From the NCBI GenBank assembly GCA_027061995.1, contig JAMOUT010000079.1:14098-78097 (forward strand): 64,000 bases of DNA, read 5' to 3'. How positions within the stretch are numbered: position 1 is the first letter of the stretch; each line of letters opens with the position of its first letter. The notes beneath the pieces are model-generated. The model saw only the letters and a list, made by a program, of their open reading frames with translations, ran no database searches and was not told the origin of the DNA. The position numbers and the translations under genes were made by a program. Shown piece after piece: positions 18,866 through 26,483 of this stretch. The stretch is from Candidatus Aminicenantes bacterium (GTDB lineage Bacteria; Acidobacteriota; Aminicenantia; JAMOAD01).

Positions 18866-20146
18866 TTATTTTTCCTTTTTTAAACTTTCCTTTAATTTTT
18901 TCCAATAGTTGTATCTTTGTAAAATCTGTTTTTCAAACCCCATATTATCCGGAAAATATAAAGATAAAGCGGAAAGCTCCTTAGGGATGGTTTCCATGCT
19001 TGTTGTTTTTTCTTTAAAATCATGGGCATACTTGTATCCTTCTCCGTATCCCTCCTCTTTCATAAGTTTTGTCTCTGGATTCCGGAGATGAATGGGGATA
19101 GGTTCGTGAGATGTTTTTTTAGCAATTCTCTTACTTTTTATTTCGGCTTTGTAAATTGAGTTGCTTTTCGGAGCGAGAGAAAGATAGACTGTTGTGTAAA
19201 ACAGGAATATATCTCCCTCGGGTTCTCCGATTATCTCAAATGCTTTAAAAGAGTTAATAGCTATCTCAAGAGCTTTGGGGTCAGCTAAACCTATGTCCTC
19301 GGCAGTGATTCTTATTAATCTTCTTAGAATATATTTCCTATCCTCTCCGGCTACAAGCATTCTTGCGAGCCAATACAGGGAGGAGTTAATATCAGAATTT
19401 CTTATGCTTTTATGTAGTGCTGATATTATGTTGTAGTGGGATTCCCCTTTCTTATCATAAAAAGTTTTTTGTTCGGATACAAATTTTTTAATTTTTTTAA
19501 CCGTAATTTTCCCTTTAACATTTTTCTTACTGATGAAATCAAGGCTATTAATAGCTGACCTGACATCCGAACCATAAATTGAATATAAGAATTCTATTAT
19601 CTCTTTATCGAATTTCATCTTTCTGTTTTTTTCCAAATAGGCGACTCCATTCTTTAATATTTTATGAGTTGCCTCTTTGTTAAGAGGGTTGAGCGTAAAT
19701 ATTTTCACCCTTGAAATCAATGCTTTGTTTAGTTCGAAAGAGGGATTTTCGGTTGTTGCGCCAACGAGGAAAATCGTTCCCTTTTCAAGATAACGGAGGA
19801 AAAGGTCTTGCTGTGCTTTATTGAGTCTGTGTATTTCATCTATAAAAATAAAAGAGGGGGTTCCGTTGAATTTAAGAAGTTTTTCCCCTTTTTCACAAAA
19901 TAGTTTCGCTTCTTTCAGATTAAAAGTTGATCCTGTAACTTTTAATATTTCACCTGTCTGATTTTTTAGATAAATTTCTATAATTGATGTTTTTCCGCAA
20001 CCCGGTTCTCCCCATAAGACAAAAGAGATTGGGATTTTTTTATCAATAGATTCTTTAATTACTCCTGTTTCACCGCAAAGATGATCCTGACCTATTATTT
20101 CATTACATTCTTTGGGTCTTAATATTTCTGTCAGAGGCGGATTCAT
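18866..20146 (-). CDS. rarA: Replication-associated recombination protein A (AAA+ ATPase)
   Basis: LRP...GQDH, GEPGCGKT, IDEIHR.NKAQQD, GATTENPSF, SALHKSIR.SD, EDIGLADP, YKYAHD; ATG at 20146 preferred. Confidence 0.95.
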   Translation of the reverse strand: MNPPLTEILRPKECNEIIGQDHLCGETGVIKESIDKKIPISFVLWGEPGCGKTSIIEIYLKNQTGEILKVTGSTFNLKEAKLFCEKGEKLLKFNGTPSFIFIDEIHRLNKAQQDLFLRYLEKGTIFLVGATTENPSFELNKALISRVKIFTLNPLNKEATHKILKNGVAYLEKNRKMKFDKEIIEFLYSIYGSDVRSAINSLDFISKKNVKGKITVKKIKKFVSEQKTFYDKKGESHYNIISALHKSIRNSDINSSLYWLARMLVAGEDRKYILRRLIRITAEDIGLADPKALEIAINSFKAFEIIGEPEGDIFLFYTTVYLSLAPKSNSIYKAEIKSKRIAKKTSHEPIPIHLRNPETKLMKEEGYGEGYKYAHDFKEKTTSMETIPKELSALSLYFPDNMGFEKQILQRYNYWKKLKESLKKEK

Positions 20147-20194
20147 ATTGAATATTATCATAAAAACAGATATATATGAATTAATTTATCTCTT

Positions 20195-20215
20195 AAAAAA
20201 ACGGATGTTCCGTCT
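20195..20215 (-). terminator. Possible intrinsic terminator upstream of the rarA promoter
   Basis: Minus strand reads ACGGA-aca-TCCGT followed by TTTTTT. Confidence 0.4.
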
Positions 20216-20419
20216 ATTGTCTGCAAGCAATAAACAAGAAAGAGGAAATAATAGGTAAGATTATAACTTATTTCCTTAATGAAAACCTCGTGGATAATGA
20301 TATGATTTATTATTATAAAATTAAACTCTTTTTGATTTTGTTTTTAAAGTAGTGATATGCGACGATAATATCATATATTTGTGTGTATAGTTATATATTT
20401 GATAATATATCCCCTGAAA

Positions 20420-20448
20420 TTGACAATAAAATATTTTTATGTTAAAAT
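20420..20448 (+). promoter_or_regulatory. Sigma70 promoter for the 20498 gene
   Basis: TTGACA-17 nt-TAAAAT with TG extension. Confidence 0.7.
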
Positions 20449-20497
20449 AACCTGTAATGTATATCGCAAAAATCCCGAAATTAAAAGGAATAACCAG

Positions 20498-22219
20498 GTG
20501 TTTATAGAAAAAATTATAGAAAAACTTTCTGAAGAGAAAACAAAGCATTTATCTAAAAAGCTTTGTATTGAAGCCGGAAGACTTGATATTTTAAAAAAGA
20601 AATTATTACATACCTTAACAAGCGAAGCCTTTTTATCGAAAAATGCACAGGATTATATAGATGATTACCGGGATCTTATGCGTGCGATGTTTAAGAGTGG
20701 AGGGAAGGGAGAGTATCCGCAAGCATTTAAACCTCTTGTTGATGAACTTGCATGCAGAGGTTTACTGTTTTTTATAAACAAAGAACACTCTCAAATTTTG
20801 ATTCCTTTTGAATATTATTTTGTATCAGGCTTTTTTCAACCATCGTATTTTTCTCTTTTATATGCTTTTCAAAATTATAATGAAAAAATTTTGAGAATTA
20901 TTTCGCAATATTATAATCTTGATGGCTCTAATGGGATAAAACTTACTTTGGCAAGAAAACTATATTCTTTTATTATTAAATATATAAATTTAATTAAAGA
21001 AAATTTTACGGAAGAAGAGAAAAAAACACTTGAAATTCTTTATTATAACAGAGGAAAAGAATTCTGGGATAAAACTTTTAAGGATTTAATACCGGTATCG
21101 GAAATAAAAGATAAATTTTATGTTAAAGAGCTTTTTTTCAAAGCAAAAAAAGATAGTCCGATTTTTTCTCTTCTTCTAAAATCAATATTAATTCCCGTAT
21201 CGGATAGAACGAGAATCTTTGTAGAAGAATTAACTGTTCCTTCGGAATTCGAACAAATTCTTTTCCAAGAGTTTAGAGAGAAAGAGAATAAGATAATTTG
21301 TGATTTGCAGGAGCTATATGTAAAAAAGACGGACCTTGTTCCCAAGGGAGTTGTCAAAGAATTTAAATATGATTTAAAAAGAATGCTTGGTTTTATAGCC
21401 GGAATGAAGATGAAAGCTACCACTACAAAAAAGATTTATTATAAAGATCTGAAAAGAGTTGTGGATAATTTTGAATGGGAACAAAATTATTTTGATCTTT
21501 TATGGGATTTTATTAAAACAAAAAAAATGCTCGAAACCTATCCTGAAAATAGAATCTTTAAAATTTCGGATAAAGGATTAAAAATACTCTTCTCGAATAA
21601 TAAAGAGATAGTTAAAATACTGTATGATTATTTTTTGACCCACGAATGCTGTTCCGAAGAGATTAAAAAAATTGTTTTAAAAGATCTTGTTGATTCTTAC
21701 CCGTGTTATGTTGACATAAGGTATTTTATAGAACTATCGAAAAAAGTTGCTTCCGAGCTTTCTCAGCTTATTATTAAAGAGGACCTTTCTTTGAACGAAA
21801 CCTTTTATCAAATATATTACCTTCTTTATAATCTCGGTTTTGCCAAAAGGATTAATGTTCATCGGGAGCATTACAGTATAAGTATTTTGGCTTTGACTCA
21901 TGAAGGATATCTTTTGGCATCGGGAAAGGATGATGAACTTGATGAAGGGGAGATGGAGATTGATCTTGAATTTAATGGTAACACTGTTCGTTTACCCGTA
22001 ACAACCGATTTTAAAATCATAAATATCTTATTGCGGGTGGGAGATTTAATCGGTGTGAGCGAAGATTTTGTCTTTGCTCTGAAATCAGAGAAGATTAAGG
22101 AATTTTTGTCCGAAATAAAAGATTTAAATATTGGAGAATTTCAAGCTCTTATAGATGATTTGAATAGTGAGAACTTAAAAAAAAGTTTTGGTTCGGAAGA
22201 GATTGAAAAAGTAAATTAA
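20498..22219 (+). CDS. Hypothetical protein, possibly with a degenerate helicase-associated (XPB/Ssl2 N-terminal-like) domain
   Basis: Long ORF; GTG at 20498 follows AAAGGA and lies downstream of the promoter, so the ORF-track start at 20381 is unlikely; no Walker motifs. Confidence 0.7.
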   Translation: MFIEKIIEKLSEEKTKHLSKKLCIEAGRLDILKKKLLHTLTSEAFLSKNAQDYIDDYRDLMRAMFKSGGKGEYPQAFKPLVDELACRGLLFFINKEHSQILIPFEYYFVSGFFQPSYFSLLYAFQNYNEKILRIISQYYNLDGSNGIKLTLARKLYSFIIKYINLIKENFTEEEKKTLEILYYNRGKEFWDKTFKDLIPVSEIKDKFYVKELFFKAKKDSPIFSLLLKSILIPVSDRTRIFVEELTVPSEFEQILFQEFREKENKIICDLQELYVKKTDLVPKGVVKEFKYDLKRMLGFIAGMKMKATTTKKIYYKDLKRVVDNFEWEQNYFDLLWDFIKTKKMLETYPENRIFKISDKGLKILFSNNKEIVKILYDYFLTHECCSEEIKKIVLKDLVDSYPCYVDIRYFIELSKKVASELSQLIIKEDLSLNETFYQIYYLLYNLGFAKRINVHREHYSISILALTHEGYLLASGKDDELDEGEMEIDLEFNGNTVRLPVTTDFKIINILLRVGDLIGVSEDFVFALKSEKIKEFLSEIKDLNIGEFQALIDDLNSENLKKSFGSEEIEKVN

Positions 22220-22221
22220 AG

Positions 22222-23157
22222 TTAGGAAAGATAAAAAACCATTTCAACCTGAGTTCCCACTTTTTTTTCCGAAAGAATAACCAATTTATCGGCAAATCTT
22301 TTCATGTTCGGTATTCCCATGCCGGCTCCGAAACCTAACTCTCTTACATAATCTTCCGCTGTTGAAAAACCTTCTTTCATTGCAAGATTCAAATCCTCTA
22401 TCCCGACACCAAAATCTATAACACGGACAATGATTCTATCTTTTTTCAGAAAACAATAGATATCACCTTTACTTTTACTGTGGATAACAACATTTGTCTC
22501 AGCCTCGTAAGTGGCTATCCCCACTCTTCTTCTTATCTCTTCTTCTATATCTTGCTCTTTAAGAAATTGTTTTAGATGGGCGGCTCCTTCCCCTGCGGCA
22601 CTTATCTCCGTTGAATTTATATTGTAGTGAAATTCAGCTTCGGATATTTTTAATGATTCCCCTGTAATTAATGATCTGTCTTGATTTAGTTTTGATTTTC
22701 TTTTTTCATCATGAAGATAGATTAAGCTGAATTTTTCAAGGATGCTATGAAGGATATCCTCTTTGCTTATTATGCCGACAACCTTTCCGGTTTTATCCAC
22801 AACAGGAAATCTGCCGTATCTGTATCTGTTAAATTTTTCAACTATCTGTGATAATGTTTCTTTTTCTCTAACCGATATAACGGTTTTACTCATATGTTTT
22901 TCTATTCTATTCTCTATAGTGCCGGATTCGAGAGCGAGAATTATATCTTCTATGCTTACTATCCCTATCAATGTTTTATCCTGTTGAACAATTGGAATGC
23001 CGGAAACTTTTTTGATTTTCATCATCTCCTTTGCCTGACTCATTTTTTTATCAGATGTAAGGGTTACAACGGTTTTTGTCATGATTTCTTCAGCTTTCAG
23101 GTCCTGGAAAATACGGATATATTTGGTTAATTTGCAATATTTATTATCTCCGTTCAT
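22222..23157 (-). CDS. CBS-pair protein fused to an RsbT/RsbW-like (GHKL) Ser/Thr kinase domain
   Basis: Two CBS domains (GIPIV...GIVS; RFPVV...GIIS), then YEAETNVVIHS, DFGVGI, GFSTA, GFGAGMGIPNMKRFAD. Confidence 0.88.
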   Translation of the reverse strand: MNGDNKYCKLTKYIRIFQDLKAEEIMTKTVVTLTSDKKMSQAKEMMKIKKVSGIPIVQQDKTLIGIVSIEDIILALESGTIENRIEKHMSKTVISVREKETLSQIVEKFNRYRYGRFPVVDKTGKVVGIISKEDILHSILEKFSLIYLHDEKRKSKLNQDRSLITGESLKISEAEFHYNINSTEISAAGEGAAHLKQFLKEQDIEEEIRRRVGIATYEAETNVVIHSKSKGDIYCFLKKDRIIVRVIDFGVGIEDLNLAMKEGFSTAEDYVRELGFGAGMGIPNMKRFADKLVILSEKKVGTQVEMVFYLS

Positions 23158-23497
23158 CAATACCTCTTAATCCGGCATTATAAAGTTTTCCGCATGCCGC
23201 ATACATATATGTGTTTGTATGGACCAAAAGGAGATTCGCCTCTTTTGCCATTTCAATCGTTTTTTCGGGAATCTCCTTCCCTCTGACAAAAACAAGACCG
23301 AGAAGATCTGTTACAATCGCTGTTCTTATCGCTTGTATGGAAGTGTGCCCCGTTAATATTATCATATCGGGTTTTGAGAGAGCGAGAACATCGCTCATCA
23401 TGTCGGCCGCTCCGATATATTTTACCTCTTTTTCCATCTTGTCTTCCCCCGATAAAACAGTTCCTTCCAAAATTTTAACCATATCTTTAACTTTCAT
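23144..23497 (-). CDS. DRTGG-domain protein
   Basis: AADMMSDVLA, IILTG, VFVRGK, ACGKLY..GL pattern typical of small DRTGG proteins. Confidence 0.85.
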   Translation of the reverse strand: MKVKDMVKILEGTVLSGEDKMEKEVKYIGAADMMSDVLALSKPDMIILTGHTSIQAIRTAIVTDLLGLVFVRGKEIPEKTIEMAKEANLLLVHTNTYMYAACGKLYNAGLRGIDERR

Positions 23498-23506
23498 AAT
23501 AATCTT

Positions 23507-23535
23507 ATTATACTTAAACCGATTTATTATGTCAA
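23507..23535 (-). promoter_or_regulatory. Consensus sigma70 promoter for the DRTGG-CBS/kinase operon
   Basis: TTGACA-17 nt-TATAAT, 9 nt before the ATG. Confidence 0.75.
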
Positions 23536-23792
23536 ATCATTAACGATTCAATTTCTTGAATCTTGCTGTCCGATCACTTTGTTTTTTCGGGTTATGTGCA
23601 AGAAACTATGCGTCTTTTCCCTTTTTTATGTTTGGATTTATAAAAAGCCGAACTACTATTTTGTTCTAAGATTACCAATGGTTTCAATTATCTCAAATTT
23701 ACTTTTTGTATTTTGCTTAAAGACTTTTAAAGATGCTTTCTTAAACTGTTTTAACAACCATTGTTCGATTTTCAGGGGAAACCCTGGGACTC

Positions 23793-23821
23793 TTGATAAA
23801 TAATAAAAAATATTTTAAAAT
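23793..23821 (+). promoter_or_regulatory. Sigma70 promoter for the PPIase-polA operon (leaderless)
   Basis: TTGATA-17 nt-TAAAAT, 7 nt before the ATG at 23829. Confidence 0.65.
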
Positions 23822-23828
23822 AGTTTAT

Positions 23829-24830
23829 ATGAAAAAAAAGCTATTTATTTTTATGATTATTGCTCTTCTTATTTTACCTTATTGTAAACAACATGGTAAA
23901 AGGACAAATACATCTGATAAAAATATTATAAAATCGGATAAAAAAGAGGAAAAAAAAGTCTTAATTTTAAAACTTGGGGATAGAGCCTTTTATGATAAGG
24001 ATTTTTTAGAATATCTTAAAAGGAATATCGGAAATTCCTATAAGCAATTACCGGAAGCGGTTATTGATAAAGTTTTTAATAATTTTTTAAATGATTTGTT
24101 TATTTATGTATATGCTAAGGAACAAGGGATAGAAGTTTCTTCCAAAGAGATAAAATTTTATTTAAAAAAAATAAAATTAAATAATTTGGATAATAGAAAA
24201 TTAAAACCTTTCATTATGAGAAGATTAATTATTGAGAAATTTTTATCTCAAGTATTGGCATCCATTCATGTCTCAGATAAGGAAGTAAAAGCTTATTACT
24301 ACAGGAACCTAAAGCTTTTTAAAAGACCGGCTGAAATAAGGTTGAGTCAAATTGTTGTTAAGGATGAGAAGGAGGCGCTTGATATAAGGGCACAATTAAA
24401 AAAAGATAAAAATTTGTTTCCTAAGATTGCAAAAGAAAAATCAATAGGCTCGGAAAAGAGTAATGGTGGAGATATGGGATATTTTTCAAAAGGACAACTT
24501 CCCAAAGATATTGAAAGGGTGGTTTTTTCTCTTAATACGGGGGAGATTTCACAGGTTGTCAAGTCTCCTTACGGATTTCATATTTTTATGGTTACAAAAA
24601 AGAAGAAAAAAAGATTGATGGCTTTTCAGTATGTATCCTCGATGATTAAATTAAAAATAAAACAGATGAAATTTGAAAAAAAGTGGTCTGAAATCTTAAA
24701 GAAGGCGAAAAACACCATTCCTCTTGTAATTTATAAAGAAAATCTTGAAAAATTTAAGAAGAGTATTTTAGACAAAAGAGAAATTGTTAATAAAGATGGC
24801 TTATACAACAAGATGAAAAAAGGAGAATAA
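23829..24830 (+). CDS. Parvulin-type peptidyl-prolyl isomerase (PrsA/SurA-like), probable lipoprotein
   Basis: Signal peptide ending LPYC; F..IAKEKS, GGDMGYF, GEISQVVKSPYGFHI. Confidence 0.9.
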   Translation: MKKKLFIFMIIALLILPYCKQHGKRTNTSDKNIIKSDKKEEKKVLILKLGDRAFYDKDFLEYLKRNIGNSYKQLPEAVIDKVFNNFLNDLFIYVYAKEQGIEVSSKEIKFYLKKIKLNNLDNRKLKPFIMRRLIIEKFLSQVLASIHVSDKEVKAYYYRNLKLFKRPAEIRLSQIVVKDEKEALDIRAQLKKDKNLFPKIAKEKSIGSEKSNGGDMGYFSKGQLPKDIERVVFSLNTGEISQVVKSPYGFHIFMVTKKKKKRLMAFQYVSSMIKLKIKQMKFEKKWSEILKKAKNTIPLVIYKENLEKFKKSILDKREIVNKDGLYNKMKKGE

Positions 24831-24831
24831 A

Positions 24832-25791
24832 TTGATAAAAAAAAGAATATTATTAACTGTATTACTATTGTTTACAATAGTTGGTTTTAGTCAGGAGATA
24901 GCGGATAAAATTCTTGCTGTCGTTAACGACGAGATTATAACCCTCTATGATTATCAATCAAGAGCTGCGGAATTATATAAGTTTCTTTCCCAAAGTTTAC
25001 GGGGGGAAAAGCTTCAAAAGATTTATGAAAAACAGAAAAGTCAATTATTGGATATGATGATAGAGGAAAAGCTTCTTATCTCGAAAGCTAAGGAGCTTGA
25101 TATTAATGCAGATGCGGATATAGATCTCTATATAGAAAATATAAAAAAACAAAATAAAATCGAATCTGATGAAAAATTGAAAAAGATTCTTTCAAAGGGT
25201 GGATTAACATATGAAGATTGGAAGAAAAATCTGAAAAAGCAGATTATTCAACAAAAGGTTATCCAAAAAGCTATGGGAGATAAAGTTAAAATAGAAAATA
25301 CGGCTTTAATGGATTATTATAATAAACATAAGGAGGAATTTAGGAAAGAAGCTGAATACGAGATTATGGCGATTTATCTTTTGGAAAGTGATTATCCGGG
25401 AGATCAGATTAAAAATATAAAGGATAAAATAGATAAAGAATTGCAAAGAAAAGAATTTAGTAAAGTAGCGGCTGAGTTTTCTTCGGAGCCGCTTAAAAGC
25501 AAGAAAGGAAACCTCGGTATTTTTAAAAAGAGTGAATTGGATAGTGTGATACTAAATTCTGTTAAAAAGCTTAAGAAGGGGGAGATCTCAAAGTGGATAC
25601 AGTATAAGGAGGGCTGGATAAAGATAAAATTAAAAGATTTGAAAAAATCAAAGATTATTCCTTTTAAAGATGTTCAGGATAAGATTTATGAAAAACTTTA
25701 TAAAATTAAAAGGGAAAAATTTCTTAAACAGTATGTAAAAAAATTAAAGAAAGAAGGATATATTAAGATATATAATAATAAAAAACAATGA
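24832..25791 (+). CDS. SurA-like chaperone/PPIase
   Basis: Signal peptide; DKILAVVNDEIIT SurA N-domain; parvulin-like F..VA.EFS...KGNLG...GEIS. Confidence 0.85.
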   Translation: MIKKRILLTVLLLFTIVGFSQEIADKILAVVNDEIITLYDYQSRAAELYKFLSQSLRGEKLQKIYEKQKSQLLDMMIEEKLLISKAKELDINADADIDLYIENIKKQNKIESDEKLKKILSKGGLTYEDWKKNLKKQIIQQKVIQKAMGDKVKIENTALMDYYNKHKEEFRKEAEYEIMAIYLLESDYPGDQIKNIKDKIDKELQRKEFSKVAAEFSSEPLKSKKGNLGIFKKSELDSVILNSVKKLKKGEISKWIQYKEGWIKIKLKDLKKSKIIPFKDVQDKIYEKLYKIKREKFLKQYVKKLKKEGYIKIYNNKKQ

Positions 25792-26483
25792 TTTTCGGTT
25801 ATAATACAGAGATATTATATAAAAAAAGGAAATATCATATTCAAACAGAGGATAGGGGCATTAAACATCCCGTCATAGAAACATTGGTTTATAATAAGGG
25901 GGAGATAGTTTTTTCAACAAAACAAAACTATGGACACCTTCTTGAGTATCAAGATGTTGAAAAAAGGGTGAAAAAAATTCTCGAAAAACAGCATAATGAT
26001 GTTATTGGTAACATAAAAGAGGGTAAATATGATACTCTCTTTGGAATTGAGGAAACACAGGAGATTAAGCTTGAAAAAAAATTAGAGGAAGAAACTCTCG
26101 GACATAAAGAGCAAGAAAAGTCCAAAACAAAAGAAAAAAGCGATCTTTTAAGAATTATTAAAAAATATTTGGATAATCTTTCCGACAAAGAGATCTTTTA
26201 TAATATCCATTTTCCTTTAATTGATTTTAATGAAGATAAAAAAGTTGTAACCATAACTGGTAGAATAACCATTTACCGGACAAAAAAACCTTTAATAAAT
26301 ACTCCTGTTGAAATTTTATTAAGAGATAAAAAGAAAAAGATTATCTCTTCCGTCGATGTTAAGACAAATTATTACGGGGAATTTAGATCTGAAATTTTCG
26401 TAAACTCAAAACCTTATTGGGCGGATATAGTCATAAAAAACGGAGAGGATAACAAAATTTCAGCTTTATTTTACACAAGATGA
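25788..26483 (+). CDS. Conserved hypothetical protein (GYNT...YHIQTED N-terminal domain)
   Basis: ATGA overlaps on both sides; N-terminal motif GYNTEI...YHIQTEDRG..HP.IETLVY..GEI...QH. Confidence 0.75.
   Translation: MIFGYNTEILYKKRKYHIQTEDRGIKHPVIETLVYNKGEIVFSTKQNYGHLLEYQDVEKRVKKILEKQHNDVIGNIKEGKYDTLFGIEETQEIKLEKKLEEETLGHKEQEKSKTKEKSDLLRIIKKYLDNLSDKEIFYNIHFPLIDFNEDKKVVTITGRITIYRTKKPLINTPVEILLRDKKKKIISSVDVKTNYYGEFRSEIFVNSKPYWADIVIKNGEDNKISALFYTR

Noticed and set aside
20321-20548. 75-aa minus-strand ORF and the ORF-track start at 20381
   Set aside because: Both overlap a near-consensus promoter at 20420-48. GTG at 20498 is the better start for the plus-strand gene.
23579-23803. 74-aa ORF in the DRTGG/PPIase intergenic region
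   Set aside because: TTG start, no SD, Cys/Phe-rich composition unlike this proteome, and it runs into the PPIase promoter.
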